In this document: one piece after another, positions 10,650 to 23,311 of the stretch | How positions within the stretch are numbered: position 1 is the first letter of the stretch | Layout of the letters: the number at the start of each line of letters is the position of its first letter | From: an uncultured Acidobacteriota bacterium | Lineage (GTDB): Bacteria; Acidobacteriota; Vicinamibacteria; Fen-336 | Assembly (NCBI GenBank): GCA_963742595.1 | Contig: CAVUMT010000001.1 | Location: forward strand, 1,767,633 to 1,831,632 | Reading direction: 5' to 3' | Length of the DNA stretch: 64,000 bases | Translations under genes and position numbers: made by a program | The notes under the pieces: generated by a model | The model's input: only the letters and a program-made list of their open reading frames with translations | What the model was told of the DNA's origin: nothing | Databases searched by the model: none

Positions 10650-10989
10650 CGATCGGGATGCGCACGACGCCCTGCTCCTTGTCCACCCAGCCGTAGCCTC
10701 CGAGGATCCGGTCTTCCTGCTCGCGGAAGGCGGTCAGGTCGAGGGCGGGGCCGGTCTGGAGCAGAGGCGGAGGCGGAGCGAGGACACCCGCGGCGGGCTT
10801 CAGGATCGGAGGCGGGGGCTGGCGCGAGGCTTCCTGCCGGACGAAGACGAAGTAGAGCCAGTACAGGAAGAACACGGTCGCGATCGTGACCATGACGATG
10901 ACGAAGCCGGCCTTGAGGAGAGCGCCGGCGTCGACGTCCGTCTTCTCGAACCGGACCTCGGGATTCGAGGGCACGGGGCGCTCGGTCAT
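10650..10989 (-). CDS. small single-TM membrane protein between actF and sco1 (possible ActG-like or oxidase accessory subunit)
   Basis: ATG at complement 10989: MTERPVPSNPEVRFEKTDVDAGALLKAGFVIVMVTIATVFFLYWLYF... The boundary with sco1 is not resolved because there is no stop in frame, so a frameshift is likely. Confidence 0.35.
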
Positions 10990-12140
10990 CGCGACCCCCG
11001 CCGCGAGCCGCCAGGAGCTCCGCCATCTCCGGCTCGCCCACCGGAAGGAGGGGACGGGTGCGGAGCTGCCGCGCGAAGAAGAAGAGCCACAGAGCCACCC
11101 AGCCCCCGCGACCGCGGCCACGTCCAGCCAGTGCACGGTGAGGCGCACCGCCCGCGGTCCGTGCCCGAGGAGGTCGGGGGCGACGAGCCAGTAGAGGTCG
11201 ACGAGCCGGACGAGGATCATGAACCCGGCCAGCGCTCCCCAGGAGCCGCGCGTTGCGCTTCAGGTCGCGCGACAGCAGGAGGAGGAACGGGAACACGAAG
11301 TGGAAGAGCGAGGAGGAAGATGGCCACGTACTGCCAGCCGCCGCGGAAGCGACGCGAGATAGAAGGGCGTCTCCTCCGCGATGTTCCCCGACCAGATGAT
11401 CAGGAACTGCGAGAGGTTCACGTAGGCCCAGAGCATGGTGAAGGCGAGCATCAGCTTGCCGAGGTCGTGGACGGTCCCGGGCCGCACCGCGTCCCGCATC
11501 GGCGCCTCGTCGGCAGGTGCGGGCCACGCAGCACGATCATGAGGGCGAGGGCGGAGAGCGCCTGCCCCACCATGAACAGGACCCCGTAGATGTGCGAGAA
11601 CCAGTGCGGGTTGAGCGACATCGCCCCAGTCGATCGCGGAGAAGGTGATGGTGAGGCCGAGGAGCACGAGCCCGCCTCCGGAGACCCCGCGGAGCTTGCG
11701 CGAGAGCTTGCAGGCTCGTCGCCCGCGTCGAGCTCCCGCGACCACCGGTTCAGGAAGTGCGCGAGCGAGGATCCAGACCGCGAAGTAGAAGACGGCGCGG
11801 CCGAGGAAGAAGGGCACGTTCAGGTAGAGCGCCTTGTGCAGGAGGAGCGAGTCCTGGCCGGGATGCGTCCAGGGGTAGAGCCGACCGAGCCCGAGCGGCC
11901 ACGGGCAGGAAGAGCACCACGAGGAGCGGGAAGAGCCGGGTCCCCGCCTCCAGGAAGCGGCGGATCAGGAGGCCCCACATCCCGCCCGTGAGGTGGCTGA
12001 TGAGCGAGGATCGAGAGGCAGCCGACCGACATCCCCGATCCAGAAGAGGAAGGCGAAGAGCCAGGAGCGGTAGAACTGGTCGGGGACGGTGAGGAGCCCG
12101 ATCCCGCACGCGAGGAGACCCAGCCCGGCTACGGGCAGGG
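10990..12140 (-). CDS. actF: alternative complex III subunit ActF (NrfD-like membrane subunit), frameshifted
   Basis: NrfD/PsrC-like polytopic membrane segments (FFLGRAVFYFAVWIL, LMLAFTMLWAYVNLSQFLIIWSGNIAEETPFY) downstream of actE. Confidence 0.6.
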
Positions 12141-12790
12141 CGCGACGCTCCAGGCGCTCGAGGGAAGCGGGCGTGGGCAGGCGCGGCGCTGCTCAATGGG
12201 TGCCTCGCTTCCGGCGCGTCCAGGGCCGACCGCGCGATCGGCGGGCACGTCCTCGAGCCGCGCGTTCTGGCTGAGCTGGAGCGCGCGCACGTAGGCCACG
12301 ATCGCCCAGCGGTCCTCCACCGGCGATCTGCGCCGAGTAGTCGGACATGGCCCCGAAGCCGTTCGTGATCACGTCGAAGAAGTAGCCGACGGGCATCTCG
12401 CGCAGGCGGTCGACGTGGAACGAGGAGGGCTTCTTGAAGCCGCGCTGCGACGACCATGCCGTCGCCGCGCCCGGTGCGGCCGTGGCAGGGCGCGCAGAAC
12501 GTCTCGAAGCGCTCGCGGCCCCTGCGGAGCGAGCTCCGGGGTGAGGGGCACGGGCAGCTCGCTCGACCGCCGCGCCGTCAACCTTGCCCGTGTGGAGCGC
12601 GTCGTCCTCGCGAGGTGTCCGCGCGCCACCGTGCCCGCGACCCGCGGGCGCGCCGACCGGTGGTCGGAATAGAACGTCGCTTCGCGGCGAGCGGCTTGAA
12701 CTTGGGCTGGTCGTGCATGTCCTGCCGGCAGCCGCCGAGAGCGAGGAGAGCACGAGCAGGAGCGAGGCACCGAGGGCGAGGTGTCGCCCG
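12140..12790 (-). CDS. actE: alternative complex III monohaem cytochrome c lipoprotein ActE (frameshifted)
   Basis: Lipobox LLALGGC; conserved ActE segments [33 protein letters not shown] and [18 protein letters not shown]. Confidence 0.55.
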
Positions 12791-12989
12791 GACCGCGACC
12801 TCGGTGAATCCGAATGTCCGTCCGTGCGCGCGACTCGGCTGAGCGCGTGGCGACTCAGTGCTCGACCTCGCGTCACCGCCGCATGGCGCCCGAGACGCGT
12901 CGCAGGAACTTCTGGTCGTCTTCGCCGGTCGAACTTCGGGTCGCGCGACTCGATGCAGATGAAGAAGCGGTCGCGGCGAGGCGAGGGCG

Positions 12990-13559
12990 AAGCTCGGCAC
13001 GTTGAAGACCGGGTGGTAGGGCTGGGGCAGGCCGTTCAGGGCGAGCATGCCGAAGACCGCCGTCCCCGCCGCGAAGAGGATCGTGGTCTCGAAGGCGGGG
13101 ACGATGAAGGCGGGCCAGGAGTAGAACGGGCCGTCCGCCGATGTTCATCGGGTACTCGATGACCGCGGCCCAGTACTCGAGGCCCCAGCCCGCGAGGCAT
13201 CCCGAGGATGCCCCCGCGAGGACGATCTTGGGCAGGGGCGACTTGTGGAGCTCGAGGGCCTCCGACAGCTCCTCGATGGGATAGGGCGAGTAGGCGTCGA
13301 CCTTCGTGTAGCCCGCCTCGTGCACGCGCTTGCGCCGCCTCCACCACCTCGTGCGGGCGAGTGGAACTCGGCCATGCAGGCCGTAGAGATGGCGCGTGGC
13401 CGCCTTCACGCGCTGCTCCTCCTTCGACTCCGCCTCGGGGAGGATCGTGCGCATCTCGAAGATCGAGATCGCGGGCAGGAAGCGGACGAACAGGAAGAGC
13501 AGGGTGACGAAGAGGCCGAGGGTGCCGACGAAGGCGGCCCAGTCGAAGCGCGTGCCCGC

Positions 13560-13560
<1 letters not shown>
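12990..13560 (-). CDS. actD: alternative complex III subunit ActD (DUF3341-like)
   Basis: [58 protein letters not shown], typical of ActD. Confidence 0.6.
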
Positions 13561-14775
<1,215 letters not shown>

Positions 14776-14789
14776 GCGTGCTCGCGGTA

Positions 14790-17700
14790 CGGGCTCGCTA
14801 GCCAGCGCCTCGCCCTCGCGGCATCTCGGGGTTCGGGTTCCGGACCGCGGCCAGGTAGGTGGTGCGCGGCCGCGTCTGGTAGCTCGGTGAGGAGGCCGTA
14901 GTTCCGCGGCGTCGGCCTTCAGCTCGGCGACCCGGCTCTCCGGGTCGTTCATGGTCGCCGAAGACGATGGCCTCGGCCGGGCAGACCTGCTGGCAGGCGG
15001 TCTGCGATCTCGCCGTCCCGGATCGTCCCGCCCCTCGTTCTTGGCGGCGATGCGCTTCTCGCTGATGCGCTGCACGCAGTAGGTGCACTTCTCCATGACC
15101 CCGCGGCTGCGCACGGTGACGTCGGGGTTGCGCATCATCTTGAAGGTGGGCGTCGTCCAGTCCTGGTAGAGGAAGAAGTTGAAGCGCCGCACCTTGTAGG
15201 GGCAGTTGTTCGAGCAGTAGCGCGTGCCCACGCAGCGGTTGTAGACCATGTCGTTGAGCCCCTCGTCGCTGTGGACGGTGGCGGCCACCGGGCACACCAC
15301 CTCGCAGGGCGCGTTCTCGCAGTGCATGCAGAGCGACGGGCTGGTGGAAGGTCTCGGGGCTCGGGTCTCCGCGGGCCCTCGTAGTAGCGGTCCACGCGGA
15401 TCCAGTGCATCTCGCGGCCGCGGCCCACCTGGTCCTTGCCCACCACGGGGATGTTGTTCTCGGACTGGCAGGCGATCACGCAGGCGTTGCAGCCCACGCA
15501 GGAGTTGAGGTCGATCGCCATGCCCCAGGCGTGGCCCTCGTACTTGTGACGGAGCCCTCGTAGAGGGAGAGGCTCGGCCTCGGGGTCGTGGCCCATGCCG
15601 TGGATGAGGTGCGGGTCCTCGCGTACTCGGCCGCGGTGGCGGCGCGGACGACGTGACGCTCGTCCGCGCCTGTGCGGCGTCTGTCGATGCTCCAGTGGTT
15701 CTGGGTGCAGGCGAGCTTCGTGGTGAGCGCCCGTCTTCACGATCTCGAGGCCCGGCGCCGAACCAGGGCGCGTCGCTCGTGCGCAGCGCGTAGGCGTTGA
15801 AGCCGATGCCGGTGCCCACGCGGCCCGCCCGGGTCCGACCGTGGCCGAGGTGGACGGTGACGGCACCGTCGGGATGCCCGGGCAGGACCCAGACCGGCGC
15901 CCTGCACCGTGCGGCCGCCGATACTTGAGCTCCACCACGTCCGTGACGTGGCCCTGCGACGGTCTCCTCGGGCGTGACGCAGCCCGAGCTGCTGCGCGGT
16001 CGCGGGCGCCGACGATGGCCGCGTTGTCCCAGGTCAGCTTGGTGAGGGGCTTGCTGCAGCTCCTGCAGCCAGCCGTTGTTGGCGAAGCGGCCGTCGCACA
16101 GGCTCCGGGATCGGGGCGGAAGACGAGCTCGAGGCCGAGTCGTCGGCCGCGGCGGGGAGCGCGCTTCGCCCACTCGCCCAGGCTCACTGGTCACGGCGCT
16201 GCGTCGGGGAGCGCCGTGTCCGGCACCACGCCGTCGTGGAGCGCCGCGTCGCCAGCGCTTCTCGAAGTCGGCCTCGCCCAGTCCTTCTCCTTCCAGTGCT
16301 CGCGCACGAGGTCGTAGCCGCGTGCGCTCGGCGCGGCCGTGAAGCGCGGCCAGGACCTCGTGCGCGGACTTGCCGCCGTAGAGCGGCGCGATGAGCGGCT
16401 GCAGGATGGTGACGGTGCCGTCGGCGGCGCGCGCGTCGCTCCAGGCCTCGAGGGAGTGCGCCTGCGGGCACGTGCCAGTGGCAGCGCTCCGCGGTCTCGT
16501 CCTCGTAGAGGCCGAGGTGCACGCGCAGCGCCGACCTTGTCCAGGGCCTCGGCGAAGTCGAGGTCGGCGGGGGCGTCGTAGACGGGGTTGCCGCCGAGGA
16601 TGACGAGCATCTCGACCTTGCCCGCGTGCATGTCCGTCGACCAGCTCGCGCAGCGAGGCCGTCCTGGTCGCCGGCTCGCGCCTCCACGCGAGGCGGTGTA
16701 GACGACGGTCTTGCCCACGGCTCCCAGCCGCTCGTTCATGGCGTGGGCGAGCGCGTGCACGGCGGGCGGCTGCGTCTCTCCCGCGATCACCAGCGCCCGC
16801 GCCGCCGTGGCGCCTGCAGGTCCTTCACCAGCGGGCCGACCCAGTCGGCGTGGTCCGTCGTCGCCGCCCGTCGACCGGCGAGACCCAGGCCCGCCGCGAC
16901 CGCCCGCGCGAGGCCCTCGATCGCGCCGAGGCCGCAGCGACAGCCGATGATCGGCCGACGGCGCCGGTGAGGGTAGGGCGTGCTCTCGACGACGTAGAGC
17001 CGGTTCATCGCCGCCTTCTCGCCCTCCACCTTGCGGCGCGCGGCGAACTCGCGGATGAGGCGGAGGCTCGCCGGCCGCTCGCCCACGAAGTCGGCGTCGA
17101 GGCTCAGGATGACGTCGGCCTCGGTCGAGGCGGTACTGCGCTCCACCACCTCGCCGAAGGCGAGGAGCGCGCCCGCGCGCACGTTGTCGCGGCCCACCGG
17201 CTCGTAGCGCATGCCAGCTGCGCCCCCGGCCAGCTCGGCGAGGATCGCCTGCGATCTGCGCCGCGAGCGTGGGCGAGGTGACGGTGCCGGTGAGGAAGCG
17301 GAGCCCGCGCCCCGCGTCGCGCGCTTCTGCCAGGTCGAGGGCGCCGCGCAGCGCCTCGCAGGAACTCGGCCCAGGTCCGGACCTCGCCCGTGGAACTTCG
17401 ATGGTCTGCGACGCGGTCGGGGTCGTAGAGGCCGAGGATCTGGGCCTGGCCGAAGACGTCGGTGGCTCCGAGCGACTGCGGGTGCTCGGGGTTGCCCTCG
17501 ATCTTGGTGGGCCGGCCCTCGTGGCTCTCGACGAGCACGCCCCGCGCGTAGCCGTCGTGGAGCGACCGCGGTGGCGAAGAAGAGCGGCTTGCCGGGGACC
17601 AGCGCCCTCGGGCTGCTTCACGTAGGGGACGATCTTCTCGTCGGGCTGCCTGGTGCAGCCGGTGAGGCCGGCGAGGGCGAGCGAGGCCCCCATCGAGCTT

Positions 17701-17870
17701 GAGGAACTCGCGCCGGCCCTTCGGGTCCTCGAAGATCGAGGCCTGCTCCGGGAACTCGCGGTGCAGGAACTCGAGGAAGCCCGGGCGTCTCCGCGAGCTC
17801 CTCCAGGCTCTTCCAGTAGCGGCGGCCCGGTGCACGCCGTCGCAGGCGGCGGCGCACGCCCGCGAGCTCG
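14790..17870 (-). CDS. actB: alternative complex III ActB (fused molybdopterin-oxidoreductase-like B1 and 4Fe-4S B2 domains, Tat signal), multiply frameshifted
   Basis: Twin-arginine leader RREFLKL. MopB-like N-half. Ferredoxin-like C-half with multiple Cys clusters (CxxCxxC...[23 protein letters not shown]). Confidence 0.7.
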
Positions 17871-17879
17871 ACGGGCACG

Positions 17880-18556
17880 GCAGGGACGTCGGCGTGCGCT
17901 CATCGGTGGCACGTGGAGCAGGTGGTCGGGTCTTGATCCCGTACTCCTTCACGAGCTCGCGTCCCAGCTCGAGCTGGTCGGCGGGCGGCTCGTAGGCGAT
18001 GTTGTAGACCTCGGTCCTTCGGCCGCACGAAGCGCTCGGGCTGGCGGTGGCACTCGAGGCACCACTCCATCTGCAGCGACTGCTCCTGCCAGACGAGCGG
18101 CATCTGGTCGACGCGGCCGTGGCAGGTCGAGCAGCCCACGCCCTTGTTCACGTGGGCGCTGTGGTTGAAGTACGACGAAGTCGGGCAGGTCGTGGACCTT
18201 CGTCCACTCGATCGAGGTGTCGTTGCGGAAGCTCGCGCGCACCGGCTCGAGGGTCGGGCTCTGGTTCCAGATCTGGGAGTGGCAGTTCATGCAGGTCTTG
18301 GTGGGCGGGATGCCCGCGAAGGCCGACTTGTCCACCGAGGTGTGGCAGTAGCGGCAGTCGACGCCCATGCCCCCCACGTGGTGCGCGTGGCTGAAGGGCA
18401 CCGGCTGCTCGCGCGCCTCGTAGGCGCGGGTGACGTAGGGCGAGCGGTTCACCTCGAGCGAGTACCCAGAGCACGACGCCCGCCACGACGAAGAGCGCCC
18501 CGAAGATGCTGACCTTGCGAGAGGGTGTTCGTGCTGCGGTGGAAGATCTGGGACAT
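17880..18556 (-). CDS. actA: alternative complex III pentahaem cytochrome c ActA (frameshifted)
   Basis: ATG at complement 18556 (MSQIF...). Multiple CxxCH motifs (CRYCH, CMNCH, CSTCH, CLECH) across two frames. C-terminus ...KEYGIKTRPPAP. Confidence 0.7.
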
Positions 18557-18753
18557 GACGCAGCGGCGATCCTTGCCGGACCTTCGGCGGACGGAGAGAT
18601 GCTCGGACGTCAACTGCGGCCCAGACTACTAGAGCCCGTTCGAGAAGGTCAACTAAGACGCGCAACGGGCCGACGCACGCGATAGCGCGATTCACGTCGC
18701 GCGGAAGCGGCGGGGGGTCATAGGCGGGTGCGACGCAGCACCCCCCAGCTCAA

Positions 18754-19403
18754 TTACGTCCCGAAGAGGCGGTCGCCGAAGTCGCCGAGGCCGGGCAGGA
18801 TGTACTTGCGCTCGTTCAGCCCGCGGTCGAGGGCGGCGGCGAAGACGACGGCGTCGGGCGCCGCCGCCTCGAGATGCGCCACCCCCTCGGGCGCGGCCAC
18901 GATCGGAGAGCAGGCGGATCGCGGCGCGCCCCCAGGCCCGCGAGGCCGTCGACGGCCAGGGCCGCCGAGCCGCCGGTGGCGAGCATGGGGTCGAGGAGGA
19001 ACACGACCGCGTCCCCGAGCTTCTTCGGGCACCTTCTCGTAGTAGCGGCGCGCCACCGCCGTCTCCTCGTTGCGCTCGAGGCCGAAGTAGCCCGACCTCG
19101 GCCGAGGGCACGAGCTCGAGGAACGCGTCGAGCATGCCGAGGCCCGCGCGCAGCACGGGCACCGCCACCACCCGCGCGGACAGCCGGCGCACCGCGCGCC
19201 GTCTCGAGCGGCGTCTCCACCGTGCGTCTCGGCCAGCGGCAGGTCGCGCGTGGCCTCGGCGATCAGCGAGCAGGCTCACGCGCCGGGCCAGCCGCCGGAA
19301 CTCGTCGGACGGGCGTCGTCTTGTCGCGCAGGGCCGCGAGCACGTCGTCGACCAGGGGATGGCGGACCACGTGCAGCGGCATGGCGGCGCGGAGGATACT
19401 CAC
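18754..19403 (-). CDS. upp: uracil phosphoribosyltransferase (GTG start, two frameshifts)
   Basis: N-terminus [21 protein letters not shown]...[24 protein letters not shown]. Middle [14 protein letters not shown]-terminus [16 protein letters not shown]. The three parts lie in three frames. Confidence 0.8.
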
Positions 19404-19436
19404 GCGAGCGGCGGATGCTATACTCGGCCTCCGGCG

Positions 19437-19718
19437 ATGCGACTGACCACCGACGAGATCGAGTTCATCTCCCGCAAGATCGTGAAGACGCTGGTGGCCG
19501 AGGGCAAGCTCGAGGTCGACGACGCCGGCCGCGGTGATCGCGGAGCATCGTCCGGGTCATCACCGAGGAGCTGCGCGGTCGAGGACCGCCTCAACGAGGA
19601 GGTCCGCGAGATGCTCATGCAGCACGCCTCCGAGATGGAGCGCTCGAACATCACCTACACGGAGATGTTCAAGATGCTCAAGAAGAAGATGGCCCGGGAG
19701 AAGGGGATCATCCTGTGA
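19437..19718 (+). CDS. DUF507 family protein (paralog 1, one frameshift)
   Basis: MRLTTDEIEFISRKIVKTLVAEGKLEVDD...LNEEVREMLMQHASEMERSNITYTEMFKMLKKKMAREKGIIL. Confidence 0.6.
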   Translation: MRLTTDEIEFISRKIVKTLVAEGKLEVDDAGRGDRGASSGSSPRSCAVEDRLNEEVREMLMQHASEMERSNITYTEMFKMLKKKMAREKGIIL

Positions 19719-19731
19719 GCGCCGGGGGGAG

Positions 19732-20020
19732 ATGAAGCTCTCCCGGGAGAAGATCCTCCGCCTCTCCCACCTCATCCTCGGCCACCTCGACCGAGGACGA
19801 CGGCGATCGAGTACTACGCCGACCCCCAGGAGATCCGCCAGCAGATCGTCAAGCTCATCTCCGACGAGATGAAGACGGACGAGGCCATCGACGCCCTGGT
19901 CCGCCGCAAGATCGAGACCCAGAAGCGCACGATCGTGGAGGGCTCCGACGAGTGGGAGGTCCTCTACCGGAAGTACTACGAGGAGGAGGTCGGCGCGGCA
20001 TCGCAAGGTGATGCCGTAGC
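19732..20020 (+). CDS. DUF507 family protein (paralog 2, one frameshift)
   Basis: MKLSREKILRLSHLILGHLD... resumes in a second frame as ...MKTDEAIDALVRRKIETQKRTIVEGSDEWEVLYRKYYEEEV. Confidence 0.55.
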
Positions 20021-20026
20021 CGACGA

Positions 20027-21745
20027 TCAGGACCGCCACTTGACGCGCACGACGTGCCGACGCCAGTCGGTCTGCAGCTTGACGTAACGGTCGCTCCCCA
20101 CGATTTCCTCGGCGACGGTCCAGGGTCGATCGTCCAGCCATGCCCCCTCGAGCCCTCCCGCGTCCGGAGGGAGACGGATCCGGAGCTCGCCGGACCCCGG
20201 CGCGTTGCTCTCGAACGTCAGGCGGAGCTTCCCGCCGGGGAGGTCCGGCTCGTGGCGGTAGGCGACGAAACGGTCGATCGCCGGCTCGTACGTCCGCACC
20301 GCCCCCGCCAAGGCGCCGAGCCGCACCGTCAGGGCCAGCGACTGCGCGCGGGAGTCGATGCCGAAGAGGCCCTGGAAGATCGCTCCCGAGAGGGCGCCCG
20401 CGCTGCCCGCGTAGCGCGCGCTCCCCTGGCCCCGGCCCGTCCGCGTGTTCCACTCGTAGAGGCCGCCCGCCGCGGCCACGCGCGCGGCGATTTCGCGGAG
20501 CTGGCGGAGCGCGGTCTCCGACGCGCCCCTGTCGAACTCGGCGAGCAGGAAGCGGCCCGCCCACCAGTCCCACTGGCCGCCGTTCTGGTACGTGTACTCG
20601 TCCTTCTGGATCGGGTGGAGGAAGAAGCCGGTGGGGAAGCTGGGCAGGAGGACGGTGGCCACGGTCGCGATCCGGGCCTCGCGGCTCCGTTCCTGCGCCG
20701 TCGCGAAGAGGCGCGCGGCCTCCCGGTCGTCCGCGACGAGGTAGAGGGCAGCGAGGCCGTTGCCTCCGAGCGCGAACATCTGCGAGAGGTCGAAGTCGGG
20801 CGGCCGAGGGTTGGGCAGCGCGCGCGAGACCCGGAAGAAGCCGCGGCCCTCCTGCCACAGCCGCTCGCGAATGCGAGCCCGCAAGCCCGCCGCGCGCTCT
20901 CCCCACGCGCGGCCGCGCTCCGGCTCCCCCACCGCCGCGAAGAGCCCGGCGAGGACGTCCGACGCGCGCACCAGGAGGACGCTGGCGTAGAGGCTCTCCA
21001 CCCGGGGCGTCGCCTCGTCGAGGTAGATGACCCGCTGGTCCGGGTAGACGGGGCTCACGTCGCCCCAGTCGGCGGTGAGGGCCGCGGTCACGAGCCCCTC
21101 GTGCCGCTTCTCGCGCCACACGTACTCGAGTGCTCCATCGAGGCGGTCGAGGAGCCGCCGACCCTCCACGGGCGCCGTGAGCCACTCCCGGCGCCCCATG
21201 AGGGCGAAGACCTGCCCCGCGGCGTCGACGGCGCTCGTCTCCTGGTCGCTCGCGGTCGTGTTCTTGTCCGCGGACAGCACCTTCCCGTTCGCCCGGTAGA
21301 CCTCGGCGACGCGGGGGGCGTTCGTCCGGAAGACCGAGGGCTCGCCGGCGGCGATCCAGTCCCAGAGCGCGCCGTCGGCGCGCTGATGGGCGAGGTGCTC
21401 CTCGAGCCAGCTCGTGAGGTATTCGACGTCGTAGTAGTAGCGCGTGCCCGGGATGAGCGTCGCGCTGTCGCGGAGCCAGACCTGCGGATAGATGTCTCCC
21501 GCGCCGAATCCCCGTACCGTTCCCCGTTTCCCCGCGAACTCCTTCCGGTTCGCCTCGAAGGTGGGGCGGAGGAGGTCCTGCAGGGCGTCGAGCGCGGGAT
21601 CGCCGGTGGCGTACGCGTTCTCGCGGGCGTAGCCGGTGAGGGAGAGCGCGGGCCTTTCCGGCGCGGGGGGAGCCGCGCGACAACCGGCGGCTCCGAGTGC
21701 TATGCCCAGCAGAAGGGCTCGCGCGTTCCCGGCCCCCCGCGGCAT
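20027..21745 (-). CDS. secreted lipoprotein with six-hairpin (alpha/alpha)6 glycosidase-like fold
   Basis: Start MPRGAGNARALLLGIALGAAGC (lipobox) at complement 21745. 572 aa, intact. Segments such as YTYQNGGQWDWWAGRFLLAEF resemble GH63 / glycogen-debranching-type catalytic domains. The ORF-track N-extension to 22339 is spurious. Confidence 0.45.
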   Translation of the reverse strand: MPRGAGNARALLLGIALGAAGCRAAPPAPERPALSLTGYARENAYATGDPALDALQDLLRPTFEANRKEFAGKRGTVRGFGAGDIYPQVWLRDSATLIPGTRYYYDVEYLTSWLEEHLAHQRADGALWDWIAAGEPSVFRTNAPRVAEVYRANGKVLSADKNTTASDQETSAVDAAGQVFALMGRREWLTAPVEGRRLLDRLDGALEYVWREKRHEGLVTAALTADWGDVSPVYPDQRVIYLDEATPRVESLYASVLLVRASDVLAGLFAAVGEPERGRAWGERAAGLRARIRERLWQEGRGFFRVSRALPNPRPPDFDLSQMFALGGNGLAALYLVADDREAARLFATAQERSREARIATVATVLLPSFPTGFFLHPIQKDEYTYQNGGQWDWWAGRFLLAEFDRGASETALRQLREIAARVAAAGGLYEWNTRTGRGQGSARYAGSAGALSGAIFQGLFGIDSRAQSLALTVRLGALAGAVRTYEPAIDRFVAYRHEPDLPGGKLRLTFESNAPGSGELRIRLPPDAGGLEGAWLDDRPWTVAEEIVGSDRYVKLQTDWRRHVVRVKWRS

Positions 21746-23151
21746 CAGGCCCCCCCGCGGCGCGCGCGGTCCTGCAGGCCGTCGTAGGCCGCGTACTTGT
21801 AGGCCTCGCCGAGCGTCGGGTAGTTGTAGACGGACTGGATGAAGTCGTCGATCGTCCCGCCGAAGTGCAGGCAGCTCTGCCCCACGTGCACGAGCTCGGA
21901 GGCCATCTCCCCGAGGATGTGGACGCCGAGGAGCTTCAGGTCGCCGCGGGCGAAGACGAGCTTCACGAGGCCCGACATGTCTCCGATGATCTGGCCGCGG
22001 CTGTTGCCCGTGTAGAACGCCCGCCCCACCGCGTAGTCGATCCCCTTCTCGCGGCACGACTCCTCCGTCTCCCCCACCGCCGCGATCTCGGGGATCGTGT
22101 AGACGGCCATGGGAAGGAGGCGGGAGACGCTCTTCTTGTACCCGAGGTCGAAGGCGTGGCACATCGCGACGCGCGCCTGCTCCATCGAGGTGGAAGCGAG
22201 GGCGGGGAAGCCGATGACGTCGCCCGCCGCGTAGATGTGCGGGACCGCCGTCTGGTAGTTCTCGTCCACGTCCAGGTGGCCGCGGGGGCCCGCCCGGAGG
22301 CCGGCCTTCTCGAGACCGAGCCCGCTCGTGGCGCCCCATGCGTCCGGTGGCGAAGAGGACGCGCTCCGCCTCCAGCCACTCGCCCGCTCCGGAGGCGCAG
22401 GCCGACGACAGGCCCGTCGAGCGCTACCTCCACGACCCCGTCGTTCAGGATCACGTCCAGGCCGAGCAGCTCCATCTGGAGGCGCAGGCGCTCGGAGATC
22501 TCGCTGTCGAGAAAGGGGAGCAGGCGGTCCGATCCGCCGACGAGCTTCACCTCGATGCCGAGAGCGCGGAATATCGTGGCGTACTCGCAGCCGATGACCC
22601 CCGCCCCCACCACCACCAACGACCGCGGGCAGGCTCTCCATCCGCAGGATGCTGTCGCTGTCGTAGAGCCGGCCGTCCCGGGGGATCCCGTCCGGCCAGC
22701 TCGGGAAGGACCCGGTGGCGATCAGGACCACGGGCGCGCGGAGCTCGCGATCGGGGGCTCCCGCCGCGCCCTCGACCCGGACGGTATGCGGATCGGCGAA
22801 GGACGCCTGTCCTCGGGCGACCTCCACCCGGTGCCGTCCCAGGTTGGCCTCGATCAAGCCCCGCAGGGTACGGACGACCTCCTGTTCCCGGTACATGAAG
22901 TCCGGGATGCTGATGTCCTGCTTGACCGTGTAGTCGACCCCGTACAGCCCTCGCTGCCGCAGCCCCGAGAAATAGAGCGCGGTCTCGCGGAGGGTCTTGC
23001 TGGGGACGGTCCCGGTATTGACCCCCGCCCCGCCGAGATTGCGCTCCCGCTCCACGAGCAACACACTCTTGCGGAAATAGGCGGCCTGCGCGGCCCCTTT
23101 CTCCCCTGCCGGGCCCGAGCCGATGACGATGAGGTCGAAGGTCTCCGCCAT
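21745..23151 (-). CDS. sthA: soluble pyridine nucleotide transhydrogenase / FAD-dependent disulfide oxidoreductase (SthA-like), two frameshifts at a G-homopolymer
   Basis: TFDLIVIGSGPAGEKGA, YDSDSIL, VVVGAGVIGCEYATIFR, C-terminal NYPTLGEAYKYAAYDGL. The stop TGA overlaps the ATG of the downstream lipoprotein (TGATG). Confidence 0.8.
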   Translation of the reverse strand: MAETFDLIVIGSGPAGEKGAAQAAYFRKSVLLVERERNLGGAGVNTGTVPSKTLRETALYFSGLRQRGLYGVDYTVKQDISIPDFMYREQEVVRTLRGLIEANLGRHRVEVARGQASFADPHTVRVEGAAGAPDRELRAPVVLIATGSFPSWPDGIPRDGRLYDSDSILRMESLPAVVGGGGGGGHRLRVRHDIPRSRHRGEARRRIGPPAPLSRQRDLRAPAPPDGAARPGRDPERRGRGGSARRACRRPAPPERASGWRRSASSSPPDAWGATSGLGLEKAGLRAGPRGHLDVDENYQTAVPHIYAAGDVIGFPALASTSMEQARVAMCHAFDLGYKKSVSRLLPMAVYTIPEIAAVGETEESCREKGIDYAVGRAFYTGNSRGQIIGDMSGLVKLVFARGDLKLLGVHILGEMASELVHVGQSCLHFGGTIDDFIQSVYNYPTLGEAYKYAAYDGLQDRARRGGA

Positions 23152-23311
23152 GAGCCTCAAGAATTTACCCCGGGACGGCCGGGGAAGGGTGCGGTCGAGC
23201 CGTGGCTCGGCGCAAGCCTTGCATAGGACCAAGGTCGCATTGCGGTTACGTTACCCACAGGTATATAGTCTGCGGGCTTGTCTTCTGGCGCACCACATTA
23301 GGAGGACGGTC

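Noticed and set aside
18557-18753. Possible actA promoter (TTGACC at complement 18647-18652 with TAGTAG about 15 nt downstream)
   Set aside because: Spacer length and the -10 hexamer are poor, so it is too weak to call from sequence alone.
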